Source of the DNA: an uncultured Candidatus Saccharibacteria bacterium
Lineage (GTDB): Bacteria > Patescibacteriota > Minisyncoccia > Phycocordibacterales > UBA918
Assembly (NCBI GenBank): GCA_964402035.1
Contig: CAYOAM010000002.1
Location: 178,964 to 242,963, forward strand
Reading direction: 5' to 3'
DNA: 64,000 nucleotides
Positions within the stretch are counted from its first letter, which is position 1. Each line of letters opens with the position of its first letter. A program made the position numbers and the translations under genes. This document shows positions 10,051-19,512 of the stretch, in pieces. The notes beneath the pieces are model-generated. The model saw only the letters and a program-made list of their open reading frames with translations. It ran no database searches and was not told the origin of the DNA.

Positions 10051-10500
10051 CTACTCTATGGTACCACCAACAGCAACAATCTTTTCTCGTGCCGACGCTG
10101 AGACAACGCAACCAGAAATTGTCAATTTTTTGGTAAGCGCACCTTCTCCCAAGATCTTTACGAGCGGGTTCGTGTTACCACGAAGACGAATGAGTCCCTT
10201 ATCTGCAAGCGCCTGTGGCGTCACTTTGGCGCTTGCGCCAAATGTACTTTCAAGTGCAGCGACATTCACTACTGACGCGCGAACACGTTCATTGTTCACC
10301 GTACGCGCACGATTCTTTCCATGACCACGTAGCTTTGGAAGTTTCTTGATCATGTCGCGAATCTCCGGACGCATGCTGTTTCCGGTACGTGACTTTTGAC
10401 CCTTCATACCTTTTCCTGACGTCTTTCCACGCTTTCCACCACGTCCGACACGTGCCGTTACCTTGCGAGCAGTCTTTGCTTGTATATTGTGTAGTTGCAT
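10051..10500 (-). CDS. rplO: 50S ribosomal protein L15
   Basis: RVGRGGKRGKTSGKGMKGQKSR, VKILGEG; operon position. Confidence 0.96.
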   Translation of the reverse strand: MQLHNIQAKTARKVTARVGRGGKRGKTSGKGMKGQKSRTGNSMRPEIRDMIKKLPKLRGHGKNRARTVNNERVRASVVNVAALESTFGASAKVTPQALADKGLIRLRGNTNPLVKILGEGALTKKLTISGCVVSASAREKIVAVGGTIE

Positions 10501-10507
10501 ATAAAAT

Positions 10508-11113
10508 TTATGAACGCTTTGCGCGAAGTGTTTTCAGAGCCTCAATCGCTGCACGAGCATTGTTGAGTTTATTCTTGCTGCGTGAGAATACTTTTGCTGT
10601 CACATCCTTCACGCCCGCAAGCTCGAGTACGGTACGAACAGAACTACCCGCTACAAGTCCCCTGCCTGGAGATGGCATGATCATGATCTGACTTGCTGCA
10701 TATTTTGTAGAAACATCGTGCGGAATACGGCTGTGGGCATCCATCACTACCTGGATCATATTCTTTTTTGCGGCACGAAACGCTTTTTCAATAGCGAGCT
10801 GTGTATCCCCTGCCTTCCCAATACCCACACCTACCTTCCCTGCCTTATTACCAGCAACCATCGCAACACTAAAATTGAAACGACGACCTCCCGCCATCAC
10901 ACGCGTCACGCGACGGATACTGATGATTTTTTGTGCAAACTCAGGACGCGCACGCTCTTCTCTGCGACCGCCTGTGCGGCGCTGCGGACGGCGCTGCGTA
11001 TTTTTTCGATCCGTATGACGTACCGACGCAGAGCGTTCAGCCGCAGGTGTAGCCGCCTCGCCCGTAGCGGGAGTCGTTGCAACATCATTTTCTGTTTGTA
11101 TATCTTCAACCAT
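10508..11113 (-). CDS. rpsE: 30S ribosomal protein S5
   Basis: RRVTRVMAGGRRFNFS, GRGLVAG, ELAGVKD. Confidence 0.97.
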   Translation of the reverse strand: MVEDIQTENDVATTPATGEAATPAAERSASVRHTDRKNTQRRPQRRTGGRREERARPEFAQKIISIRRVTRVMAGGRRFNFSVAMVAGNKAGKVGVGIGKAGDTQLAIEKAFRAAKKNMIQVVMDAHSRIPHDVSTKYAASQIMIMPSPGRGLVAGSSVRTVLELAGVKDVTAKVFSRSKNKLNNARAAIEALKTLRAKRS

Positions 11114-11136
11114 AGTATTCTATATATGAAAATTCA

Positions 11137-11487
11137 TTAAAATTGCAAACCTTCCGCGCGTGCGCCATCTGCAAGCGCCGCTATGATGCCTTGATACGGA
11201 AAACCTCCACGATCAAACACAATATGTGTGAGGCCAAGCTTCTTTGCGTCTTGTGCTACTTTACGCCCTACTTCGGTTGCGCGTAGTGTGGTTGTTTTTC
11301 CGGTCACTTTTCGTGAATCCGAGGCTGCAATAGTCACACCTGACTCATCATTGATGAGCTGCGCATATACATAGCGATTTGAACGAAATACTGCAAGACG
11401 AGGTCGTACTGCGGTACCGGTAACACGCGCACGCACACGGGCATGACGACGTACTCGAGAAGCTGTTTTTTTAGCTGATTTATTCAT
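11137..11487 (-). CDS. rplR: 50S ribosomal protein L18
   Basis: RPRLAVFRSNRYVYAQLI, FDRGGFPY. Confidence 0.97.
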   Translation of the reverse strand: MNKSAKKTASRVRRHARVRARVTGTAVRPRLAVFRSNRYVYAQLINDESGVTIAASDSRKVTGKTTTLRATEVGRKVAQDAKKLGLTHIVFDRGGFPYQGIIAALADGARAEGLQF

Positions 11488-11500
11488 ATCCTATATATCG

Positions 11501-12034
11501 CTATACGGCCTTCTTACCTTGCTTGCGGAGAATATATTCCCCTGCATAGCGGACTCCCTTCCCTTTGTATGGCTCAGGTTTCTTTGCCGCTCGTACATTT
11601 GCGGCAAATTGTCCCACAACCTCCTTATCAATACCTGAGATCGTAAACGTACCTTTTTCTACAAGGACCGTCACTCCTGCAGGTATCGGAAATACAACCG
11701 GATGCGAAAAACCAAGCTGCATGACAAGGTTCGAACCTTTCACTTCGCCGCGATAGCCAACACCTTCTACTTGCAATATTTTTACAAAACCATCGGTTAC
11801 ACCTACGAGCATATTTTTAATATGCGATACATAGGTACCCCAGAGAGCGCCTGCTAGCTTTGTAGTGTTTTTTGGTGCAAGTATTACTCCTTCGGGTGAC
11901 ATGGTAAATGAAAGGAGCGGCGGAAAAGGTCGCGAGAGCGTACCTTTTGGCCCTTTCACCATCAAGACATTGTCTACACAAGAGACTTCTGTCTTTGCCA
12001 CTAGTACTATTGGTTGTTTTCCGAGTCTGCTCAT
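11501..12034 (-). CDS. rplF: 50S ribosomal protein L6
   Basis: MSRLGKQPI start at 12034, GVGYR, PEPYKGKGVRY. Confidence 0.97.
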   Translation of the reverse strand: MSRLGKQPIVLVAKTEVSCVDNVLMVKGPKGTLSRPFPPLLSFTMSPEGVILAPKNTTKLAGALWGTYVSHIKNMLVGVTDGFVKILQVEGVGYRGEVKGSNLVMQLGFSHPVVFPIPAGVTVLVEKGTFTISGIDKEVVGQFAANVRAAKKPEPYKGKGVRYAGEYILRKQGKKAV

Positions 12035-12044
12035 ACGTATATTG

Positions 12045-12440
12045 TTACCAGATGATGAACAACTGTTCTCCACCTACTTTTTCCTTGCGTGCTTCGCTAC
12101 CTGAAAGTACCCCCTTCGGTGTTGAAACCACCAACGTACCTGTACCGAATTTCACCTTGTGCATTTCGGTGCTCTTGATATACATGCGACGACCCGGTTT
12201 TGAAATACGCTGGACACCGCGAATATGGGCAACACCATCGGCACCATACTTGAGGGTTACCTCAAGCGTCTTCTTTACCTTCTTGCCTTGCTTTTCTGCA
12301 GCAATAACATAACCCTCTTTCACCAATACATCAGCAACGGCGTGCTTCAATTTTGAATACGGAACAGAAATCGTTGCTTTGCGCACCGCTCCCGCGTTTA
12401 CCAAACGCACAATAAAGTCTCCTATTGGGTCTCCTACCAT
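12045..12440 (-). CDS. rpsH: 30S ribosomal protein S8
   Basis: DPIGDFIVRL, RISKPGRRMY, VSTPKG. Confidence 0.97.
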   Translation of the reverse strand: MVGDPIGDFIVRLVNAGAVRKATISVPYSKLKHAVADVLVKEGYVIAAEKQGKKVKKTLEVTLKYGADGVAHIRGVQRISKPGRRMYIKSTEMHKVKFGTGTLVVSTPKGVLSGSEARKEKVGGEQLFIIW

Positions 12441-12619
12441 GATGATTTTTTAATACCTGGAATATGTCCTTCGTGTGCCATCTCCCTAAAACAAATACGG
12501 CAGACATCAAAATCTCGCATATACGCTCGCTTGCGTCCACATTTGAAACAACGGCGAACAACCCTACTTTTGAATTTCGGGGTCTTCTTTGATCGTGCAA
12601 TTACTGATGTTTTAGCCAT
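12434..12619 (-). CDS. rpsN: 30S ribosomal protein S14 (zinc-binding, 61-aa type)
   Basis: RCFKCGR...CRICFRE...IPGIKKSSW. Confidence 0.97.
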   Translation of the reverse strand: MAKTSVIARSKKTPKFKSRVVRRCFKCGRKRAYMRDFDVCRICFREMAHEGHIPGIKKSSW

Positions 12620-12628
12620 ATGTGTGCG

Positions 12629-12690
12629 AAAATAAAAAGCCTCGAGAGGCCAAGTTGAAGCATACTAGCAACTACGCATTCCGATGTCAA
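12629..12690 (-). promoter_or_regulatory. Internal sigma70-type promoter of rpsN with leader hairpin + T-run
   Basis: TTGACA-17bp-TAGTAT, then GCCTCTCGAGGC-TTTTTATTTT. Confidence 0.7.
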
Positions 12691-12735
12691 ACATACGGCG
12701 CGTCATGTACCTATATAGCCTCCCCCTACCTCCCA

Positions 12736-13278
12736 CTATGCCACCGCCTCCTTCAGCGGTAGCCCGATATAACGGAAAAACGCTTCCGCCTCCTTTTTGG
12801 ACTTTGCTGAGGTCACGATCGTGACCGCAAACCCAAAAACGTTTTTGAGTTCTTCGTCTGCAACCTCGGGGAAAATAGTATGCTCTTTAATACCAATTGA
12901 AATATTTCCCATTTCATCAATCGCTGAGGCAACAAGACCACGAAAGTCACGCGTACGTGGCAACACAATATGTATGAGCTTATCTACAAAATCATACATA
13001 CGTGCTCCATGGAGTGTCACCTGATACCCCACAATGTCGCCCTCGCGCACTTTAAAGGTCGCAATCGACTTCTTTGCTCCGCGAGGCGCGGGCTTTTGAC
13101 CCGTGATACGGGCCAGGCGCTCCTGAATAAGAGCTCGCTGTTGCTTGTCGTGCACCTTTCCAGTACCAATCGAAATGACTACTTTTTCAATTTTTGGTGC
13201 CTGCATTACATTGGTATACCCAAAAGTATCCTTGAGGGCTTTGTACGATGCAATGGTTTTTTCTTTTGTAATACTCAT
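12736..13278 (-). CDS. rplE: 50S ribosomal protein L5
   Basis: PKIEKVVI, ITGQKP, LPRTRDFRG, KEHTIFPE. Confidence 0.97.
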   Translation of the reverse strand: MSITKEKTIASYKALKDTFGYTNVMQAPKIEKVVISIGTGKVHDKQQRALIQERLARITGQKPAPRGAKKSIATFKVREGDIVGYQVTLHGARMYDFVDKLIHIVLPRTRDFRGLVASAIDEMGNISIGIKEHTIFPEVADEELKNVFGFAVTIVTSAKSKKEAEAFFRYIGLPLKEAVA

Positions 13279-13288
13279 ATACTAATCC

Positions 13289-13597
13289 TTAGGAAACTTT
13301 GGTGCCACTCTTTCGGGTAATGCGAACCTTCTTGTCTCCATCAATACTATACCCAACTCGGGATGCCTTCCCTGTCTTTGCGTCCTTGATCGCAATATTT
13401 GAAATATGAATCGGCAATGTTTTGTCAATAATCTGACCTTGTTGACCCTGTCTGCGTGCTCGCTGGTGCTTCTTAACTACGTTAACACCCTCCACAACCG
13501 CTCGATTCTTTTTTGGAAGCATGGCAAGAACCGTACCGCTTTTTCCGCGATCCTTTCCTGCAATAACGACGACACTGTCTCCTTTTCGTATTTTCAT
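13289..13597 (-). CDS. rplX: 50S ribosomal protein L24
   Basis: KIRKGDSVVVIAGKDRGK, PIHISN. Confidence 0.97.
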   Translation of the reverse strand: MKIRKGDSVVVIAGKDRGKSGTVLAMLPKKNRAVVEGVNVVKKHQRARRQGQQGQIIDKTLPIHISNIAIKDAKTGKASRVGYSIDGDKKVRITRKSGTKVS

Positions 13598-13606
13598 AAA
13601 AAGTCG

Positions 13607-13978
13607 TTATACAACCTCAGGTGCCAATGACACAATTTTCTGATATCCCACATCTGCGATCTCTCGTGGAATAGGGCCAAACACACGGTTTGCACGAGGC
13701 TCTTTTTTTGCCTCCTCAACAATCACGACGGCGTTATCATCAAAACGAATGTACGAGCCGTCCTTGCGACGAAAGGCCTGGCGCTGACGCACTACAATAG
13801 CGTGCACCACATCTTTCTTTTTGGTGGCTTTGCGTGGATCGGCAGTCTGCACCGAAAGTACCAAAATGTCACCGATACGCGCATAGCGACGCTTTGAACC
13901 ACCGAGTATTTTGAAAACGCGTCCGATGCGTCCGCCGGAGTTGTCGGTAATAGTTACTAATGTTTGAGGTTGAATCAT
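13607..13978 (-). CDS. rplN: 50S ribosomal protein L14
   Basis: MIQPQT...DNSG, IRFDDNA, KIVSLAPEV. Confidence 0.98.
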   Translation of the reverse strand: MIQPQTLVTITDNSGGRIGRVFKILGGSKRRYARIGDILVLSVQTADPRKATKKKDVVHAIVVRQRQAFRRKDGSYIRFDDNAVVIVEEAKKEPRANRVFGPIPREIADVGYQKIVSLAPEVV

Positions 13979-14006
13979 AGAGAATATTTATATGAACGAG
14001 GACTGC

Positions 14007-14267
14007 CTAGTTTACGACCTCAAAATGCTTTCGTTTTGAAAGTGGGCGCGTCTCACGAATCGTCACTACCTCTCCTTCCTTGCGAAGATTCCCAGCATCG
14101 TGTGCTAGATACTTCTTGGTACGCATCTGATACTTTTTGTACTTCGGGTGCTTTACATAACGAACGACGGCAACCGATACGGTGTCTTTCATCTTGGTCG
14201 ACATAACCGTCCCACGGAACGATCGTCCGCCCTTTTTTACCTGTGCTGTTGTATCTGTTGCAGTCAT
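14007..14267 (-). CDS. rpsQ: 30S ribosomal protein S17
   Basis: KHPKYKK, AHD, ETRPLSKRK. Confidence 0.97.
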   Translation of the reverse strand: MTATDTTAQVKKGGRSFRGTVMSTKMKDTVSVAVVRYVKHPKYKKYQMRTKKYLAHDAGNLRKEGEVVTIRETRPLSKRKHFEVVN

Positions 14268-14269
14268 AA

Positions 14270-14461
14270 TTATATTGTTTTTGTTCGAATACGTGCCTCA
14301 GTCAAGATACGAGCAACCGTCTTGCGCACTTTGCGCATAGAGTGAGTATCACGCACCGAGCTACCGGCCGTACCAAAGCGAAGTACACGAAGTTCCTCTC
14401 GTTTCTCCAGAAGAAACGTCGTGAGATCAGCATCATTTTTTTCCTTAATTTCTTTCATCAT
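14270..14461 (-). CDS. rpmC: 50S ribosomal protein L29
   Basis: ELRVLRF...RKVRKTVARILT; operon position. Confidence 0.92.
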   Translation of the reverse strand: MMKEIKEKNDADLTTFLLEKREELRVLRFGTAGSSVRDTHSMRKVRKTVARILTEARIRTKTI

Positions 14462-14513
14462 ACGCGGATCTGAAGTACTATCTTATACACTAAAAAATGA
14501 ACACTGTCGAGGA

Positions 14514-14939
14514 TTAGGCTGGCTCACGGCTTACAAACTTTGTCTTTACTGGAAGCTTCTTTCCTGCTTTGAGTAAAGCCTGCTCCGCAACCACACGTGT
14601 GACTCCATCAACCTCAAAGAGTACACGTCCTGGTAATACTTCAAACACAAAGTACTGCGGATCGCCCTTCCCTTTTCCCATCGGCACTTCGGCCGCTTTT
14701 TGGGTATATGGTCGGTCAGGGAAAATACGGATCCACACGCGTCCAGTCTTTCCAAGTAGACGAGAAATAACTCGACGAGCTGATTCAATCTGATTTGATT
14801 TTACGCGCTCTTCGGTCATGGACTTGAGTCCATATGACCCAAAAGCCAACGTGGTACCGCGCGTATCAATACGAACCTTCTTCGGATTCCTTCGTCCGGT
14901 CTGCCACTTTCGGTGTTTTACTTTTTTAGGAAATAACAT
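14514..14939 (-). CDS. rplP: 50S ribosomal protein L16
   Basis: MLFPKKVKHRK, WIRIFPD, MGKGKG. Confidence 0.98.
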   Translation of the reverse strand: MLFPKKVKHRKWQTGRRNPKKVRIDTRGTTLAFGSYGLKSMTEERVKSNQIESARRVISRLLGKTGRVWIRIFPDRPYTQKAAEVPMGKGKGDPQYFVFEVLPGRVLFEVDGVTRVVAEQALLKAGKKLPVKTKFVSREPA

Positions 14940-14944
14940 ACCTT

Positions 14945-15670
14945 TTATTTACGCTCAGTGCGACGCTCACCGCGCTCTTTCGCACGCTCTTCTTTTTCTC
15001 CATGTGCTCGGCGGTCAGCAAAAATCTGCCCGCGATATATCCATACTTTCACACCCAAGATCCCGTACGGGAGCAGTGCTCGCTCACGAGCAAAATCGAT
15101 GTCGGCGCGCAACGTTTGGAGTGGAATACGTCCACGCTTCATCTCTTCGGTGCGGCCCATGTCTGCTCCACCAAGACGGCCCGAGAGGATCACACGTACT
15201 CCCTCGACGTCACGATTCGCCATAACTTTTTCAATCGTCTGCTTCATCACACGGCGAAATGTCATGCGCTTTTCCAAGCCCTCAGTGATCATCTGTGCAA
15301 CAATCGCTGCACTTGATTCTGGTGAACGAACCTCCTCGATGTCAATCTTCACATCAGGCATTTCGGTAAGTTTGAGTGTGCGGAGGAGTTGTACAACTTC
15401 CTTGCGAAGCTTTTGAGCACCCTCCCCACTGCGTCCGATAATGAGACCTGGGCGTGATGTGCGCACGATAATACGCATCACTTTGTTTCCCATCTCAACC
15501 TCGGTAGATGCGATATACATGCCACGCAATCGTTTATCAAGAAACTTTCGTACGGTGGTGTCTGCACGCAAATTATCTCGAAATCCTTTTGGTTGCGCAG
15601 AAAACCAACGACTTCGCCAGTCGCGTACGATACCAATGCGTTGAATATATGGGTGTGCAATGTGTGTCAT
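14945..15670 (-). CDS. rpsC: 30S ribosomal protein S3
   Basis: RPGLIIGRSG, SGRLGGA, PLQTLRADID, YGILGVKVWI. Confidence 0.98.
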   Translation of the reverse strand: MTHIAHPYIQRIGIVRDWRSRWFSAQPKGFRDNLRADTTVRKFLDKRLRGMYIASTEVEMGNKVMRIIVRTSRPGLIIGRSGEGAQKLRKEVVQLLRTLKLTEMPDVKIDIEEVRSPESSAAIVAQMITEGLEKRMTFRRVMKQTIEKVMANRDVEGVRVILSGRLGGADMGRTEEMKRGRIPLQTLRADIDFARERALLPYGILGVKVWIYRGQIFADRRAHGEKEERAKERGERRTERK

Positions 15671-15681
15671 GGATAAAGCAA

Positions 15682-16005
15682 TTATTTGACTCCGAGTTCG
15701 ATTGCGATGTGGCTTGAGTGACGCTTGATTGGGGACGCTGATCCACGGGCGCGTGGCATAGAACGCTTCAGTGTCTCACCTTTATCAACGGTCACTTTCT
15801 TAATAAAAAGTGTCGCTTCGTCCTTTCCTTGCGCTCGAGCATTCCCAACAGCTGAACGAAGTATCTTCATAAACGCCGTCGACGCGCGCTTGTCAGCAAA
15901 TTGCAAAAGTGCCATAGCTTTGGTTGCCTGTTTTCCACGCACCAAATCCGCAAGTAGACGTACTTTACGAGGCGATTGACGATAGTTTTTTACAAATGCT
16001 TTCAT
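15682..16005 (-). CDS. rplV: 50S ribosomal protein L22
   Basis: SPRKVRLLADLVRG, PRARG, SHI. Confidence 0.97.
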   Translation of the reverse strand: MKAFVKNYRQSPRKVRLLADLVRGKQATKAMALLQFADKRASTAFMKILRSAVGNARAQGKDEATLFIKKVTVDKGETLKRSMPRARGSASPIKRHSSHIAIELGVK

Positions 16006-16016
16006 GAAAAAGAGAA

Positions 16017-16355
16017 CTATTTCTTGGTCTCAACCACTTTAGATGCCTTTGCTGCGGCAATTTCTGACTCTTTCTTTTTTATTTCAAGATCCTTCTGCAT
16101 CTTACCTCCGTGACGAACGAATTTCTTGCTTGGAGAAAATTCACCAAGACGATGACCCACCATTTCCTCAGCAACCAAAACTTCAATGAAGTCGCGGCCA
16201 TTGTGGACACCAAACTTGAAACCTACCATCTCGGGAGAAATCTGGCTGCGGCGTGACCACGTCTTAATAACCACATTATCCTGTGCTTTTTTCCCCACAA
16301 GTTTCTTGAGGAGTTTCTCGTCAACGTAAGGTCCTTTATAGAGTGACCGAGCCAT
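16017..16355 (-). CDS. rpsS: 30S ribosomal protein S19
   Basis: [26 protein letters not shown]. Confidence 0.98.
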   Translation of the reverse strand: MARSLYKGPYVDEKLLKKLVGKKAQDNVVIKTWSRRSQISPEMVGFKFGVHNGRDFIEVLVAEEMVGHRLGEFSPSKKFVRHGGKMQKDLEIKKKESEIAAAKASKVVETKK

Positions 16356-16368
16356 AATTTATGAGTGC

Positions 16369-16430
16369 AAATAAAAAAGCCCACAGCGAGCTTCGCGAAG
16401 CATAGTACTCGAATTGAGTGTGACTGTCAA
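16369..16430 (-). promoter_or_regulatory. Internal sigma70-type promoter of rpsS with leader hairpin + T-run
   Basis: TTGACA-17bp-TACTAT, then AAGCTCGCTGTGGGCTT-TTTTATTT. Confidence 0.7.
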
Positions 16431-16512
16431 CTAAAAGTTGCGATCGCAACCGTATACCTCACAATGACGCTGCGCTTGGTAAAAATGTTCAGGATTTCGA
16501 GGGTCAAATCGA

Positions 16513-16547
16513 CAAAAAAACTACCCGATATCGGGTAGTTTTTTTGT
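16513..16547 (-). terminator. Intrinsic terminator-like hairpin directly after rplB
   Basis: AAAAAAACTACCCG-ATAT-CGGGTAGTTTTTTT. Confidence 0.7.
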
Positions 16548-17411
16548 TTAGACAACCTGGTTTTGCATGCGCTTGCCGGGTTTTCGTCTCGTGACGATAA
16601 ACACATTTGAGTATTTCTTTGGCTTGCGTGACTTCTGACCCTTTCCGACTGGGCGACCATGCATCGTACGTGCGCGACGGTGTCCACGACCTCCACGACC
16701 CTCTCCTCCTCCATGTGGGTGGTCTACGGCATTTCGAGCAGAACCGCGGTTCTTTGGACGGCGTCCAAGCCATCGTGAGCGACCAGCCTTTCCAAGATTC
16801 ACTAAATGATGTTCTTCGTTAGAAACCTCTCCTACCGTTGCCCAACTGGTGCTCAAAACCTTGCGAACCTCACTTGAAGGTAGTTTTACCTGTGTGTAGC
16901 CGCCATCATGAGCAACAACTTCAGCATAACTTCCTGCTGAACGAGCCATACGTGCACCAGCGCCAGGTTTGAGTTCAATATTAAATACAAATGTACCGAC
17001 GGGGATTTTCGCGAGTGGAAGTCGATTCCCCACTTCTGCGCGAGCACTTTCGGATACGATAAACGTACTTCCTGCCTTGAGTGACTTTGGTGACAATACA
17101 TACCGACGTTCGCCATCAGCGTAACAGACGAGCGCAATAAATCCGGTGCGGAATGGATCATATTCAACTGACTCCACACGCGCAATAACGTCTTTCTTGT
17201 TGTAGGTAAAATCGATATCGCGGAATGTCTGCTTGTGACCACCTCCACGATAGAGATTGGTTGCGCGTCCATGACCGTTCCTACCTCCCGTACTGCGGCG
17301 ACCCTTGGTCAGCGGCTTATGTGGTGTGCTGGTCGAGGTCGAAAGGAAATTGCGATATGACACAACGGTCATTCCACGACGGCCTGCTGATGTTGGTTTA
17401 TATGATTTCAT
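16548..17411 (-). CDS. rplB: 50S ribosomal protein L2
   Basis: GGGHK, EYDPFR, GNRLPL, VDHPHGGGEG. Confidence 0.98.
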   Translation of the reverse strand: MKSYKPTSAGRRGMTVVSYRNFLSTSTSTPHKPLTKGRRSTGGRNGHGRATNLYRGGGHKQTFRDIDFTYNKKDVIARVESVEYDPFRTGFIALVCYADGERRYVLSPKSLKAGSTFIVSESARAEVGNRLPLAKIPVGTFVFNIELKPGAGARMARSAGSYAEVVAHDGGYTQVKLPSSEVRKVLSTSWATVGEVSNEEHHLVNLGKAGRSRWLGRRPKNRGSARNAVDHPHGGGEGRGGRGHRRARTMHGRPVGKGQKSRKPKKYSNVFIVTRRKPGKRMQNQVV

Positions 17412-17415
17412 ACGC

Positions 17416-17772
17416 TTATACTAAATCGATGCGATCGTCTTTTTTGAGATAGACATACGCCTTCTTCATACCAGAAAGTGTACTTACACGATTGCGCGCC
17501 TTGCGGAAAAACTGACGTGGTGCACGATTCACAATTCGAATCTGACGAGGAGTAACTCCCCACAATTTCTGTACCGCATCGCGTACATCTCGCTTGGTTG
17601 CATCAGCAACTACCTCAAAGGTATAAATATTCTTTTCACCCATAACAGCAGCTTTTTCAGTCACCACCGGTCGCACAATAACTGATGTTTTTATCACTCC
17701 ACGACGAACAGGTGCTGCGGTGGTCTCGCTTTTTTTTACGACTGCTGTTTTTTTCTTTCCAAAGAGAGCCAT
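17416..17772 (-). CDS. rplW: 50S ribosomal protein L23
   Basis: PVVTEKA, YTFEV, KKAYVYL. Confidence 0.95.
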   Translation of the reverse strand: MALFGKKKTAVVKKSETTAAPVRRGVIKTSVIVRPVVTEKAAVMGEKNIYTFEVVADATKRDVRDAVQKLWGVTPRQIRIVNRAPRQFFRKARNRVSTLSGMKKAYVYLKKDDRIDLV

Positions 17773-17782
17773 ATAAAATGTA

Positions 17783-18481
17783 TTATTGTTTTGCTGCTGT
17801 TACCGCCTTCTTGCCCTGCACACGGGTGAGCAATGTCTCAATCGAAGTCCCTGGCTCTACAATAAGCACATACTTATTGGTGAGAATCTCAACCGGATTG
17901 ATGTCCTTTGCTTGCGCCACAACCACGTTACCGAAGTTCTGGAAACTCTTCTCAATTGCTGCACTTCGCGTAGGAATAACAATGAGTGCTGCGTTTTTAC
18001 GCTTACTCTTCAGGGTCGCTGCATTTGGAATAGCAGAAAGTGACACCAACGCAGCACGTGCATCTTTTGCCTTTGGAGCAGTAAAATTAAACGTATCAAC
18101 AAGAACAATTTCTCCATCAGCAAATTTCTTTGAGAGTGCAATACCAAGCGCCTTTGCGCGAGCGCTGCGGTTGATCTTTTTTACATAGCTGCGTGCAGCA
18201 AGTGGTCCATGTGTCACACCTCCACCGCGCCAGATTGGTGAACGACTTGATCCGTGACGAGCGCGACCAGTTCCTTTCTGGCGCCATGGCTTCTTTCCAC
18301 CTCCACGCACCGCACCGCGACCCTTAGTACTTGCAATACTTGCGCGTGCATTACTCATCATCGACACCACAACCTCATGCATCAAATCAGCATTCCACTT
18401 TTGATTAAAGACACTCTCCGGCATTTCAAATGCAGTAGTCTCTTTTCCTTGTGTATTGTAAACAGTAGCTTTCATATTCAT
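17783..18481 (-). CDS. rplD: 50S ribosomal protein L4
   Basis: [29 protein letters not shown]. Confidence 0.98.
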   Translation of the reverse strand: MNMKATVYNTQGKETTAFEMPESVFNQKWNADLMHEVVVSMMSNARASIASTKGRGAVRGGGKKPWRQKGTGRARHGSSRSPIWRGGGVTHGPLAARSYVKKINRSARAKALGIALSKKFADGEIVLVDTFNFTAPKAKDARAALVSLSAIPNAATLKSKRKNAALIVIPTRSAAIEKSFQNFGNVVVAQAKDINPVEILTNKYVLIVEPGTSIETLLTRVQGKKAVTAAKQ

Positions 18482-18483
18482 GT

Positions 18484-19110
18484 TTATAGGCCACGCACTT
18501 CAACTAACGTCCCCTTTCGACCAGGAATTGCTCCCGAAACTACTAGTACGTTTTCACTGGCATTCACCTGCAGGACTTTGAGGTTCTTCACCGTCACACG
18601 ATCGCCTCCCATGCGACCCGCCATGCGCATACCCTTGATAACGCGACCTCCAGCGCGACCACCGCCTCCAATAGAACCTGGTTCACGGAGTGAGTGCTTT
18701 TGACCATGACTTGCGCGACCACCACCAAAGCCATATCGCTTCACGACACCTTGAAAACCTTTTCCTTTTGAAATAGCAGATACAACAACCGTATCTCCTG
18801 GTGCAAAGACAGAAACATCAATCATGCCTCCGACCAAGGCTCCTTCGATATGCTCCTTGAGTTCAGCTTTTGGACGAAATTCACGTACAAATTTGTATGC
18901 ACCCTTGAGGTGACCGCGCATCGGCTTATTGACACGCTGCTCCTTCTGAGCGCCAGTTGCAACCTGTGCTGCAACATATCCATCCTTATCTGCGTTTTTT
19001 ACTTGTGTCACTTTCATCGGCTCCACTATCAAAATAGTGCCCGCTTGAACACGGCCAGAGGCGTCAAAAATCTGTGTCATCTGCAATTTTGTTCCGAGTA
19101 GGAATTTCAT
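18484..19110 (-). CDS. rplC: 50S ribosomal protein L3
   Basis: GTKLQMTQ, SKGKGFQGVVKR, MAGRMG. Confidence 0.98.
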   Translation of the reverse strand: MKFLLGTKLQMTQIFDASGRVQAGTILIVEPMKVTQVKNADKDGYVAAQVATGAQKEQRVNKPMRGHLKGAYKFVREFRPKAELKEHIEGALVGGMIDVSVFAPGDTVVVSAISKGKGFQGVVKRYGFGGGRASHGQKHSLREPGSIGGGGRAGGRVIKGMRMAGRMGGDRVTVKNLKVLQVNASENVLVVSGAIPGRKGTLVEVRGL

Positions 19111-19323
19111 GAAAATACTGAAATATCGTTATTTTAAGCCTTAAAATTGCAAAACCGCGAATGGCGCACGCGCCGCATTCGCGGTTTTGTGCCCATTGGT
19201 TCATGCCCGAATGAACGAAGTTCGTTGTAGGGTCGGAACCCTAAAACACTTCGTGTTCGGACAAGGACATAGGTCTTCTCTTAAAAGCTAGGGGTAGTAT
19301 ACAGATGATTTATAAAAACGCAA
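19111..19323 (-). promoter_or_regulatory. rplC promoter and long structured 5' leader
   Basis: TTGCGT-16bp-TATACT (19296-19323); leader hairpin CAAAACCGCGAATG...CATTCGCGGTTTTG. Confidence 0.55.
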
Positions 19324-19334
19324 CCTTAAGCAGA

Positions 19335-19512
19335 AAGCGTCGGGAACCCATTTGGTTCCCGACGCTTGATAGTGCCAAGTGACGCAACACTATGTCACTT
19401 GGAAAGGGCCTGGATCACCTCCCTCCCACCGAGTATGAGTTCGGGCTTCATCCGGCACCCCCTTTCTGTTGCAACCTCCGGCAGTATATCCTCAAAACCT
19501 ATTCTTTTTCAA
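19335..19512 (-). other. Candidate small transcription unit (sRNA or 18-aa peptide MKPELILGGREVIQALSK, 19395-19451)
   Basis: TTGAAA-18bp-TATACT, several GGAGG/GGGGG runs, terminator-like hairpin AAGCGTCGGGAACC/GGTTCCCGACGCTT. Confidence 0.45.

Noticed and set aside
8815-19101. Plus-strand ORFs across the ribosomal protein cluster
   Set aside because: Antisense to well-supported genes and without motifs.
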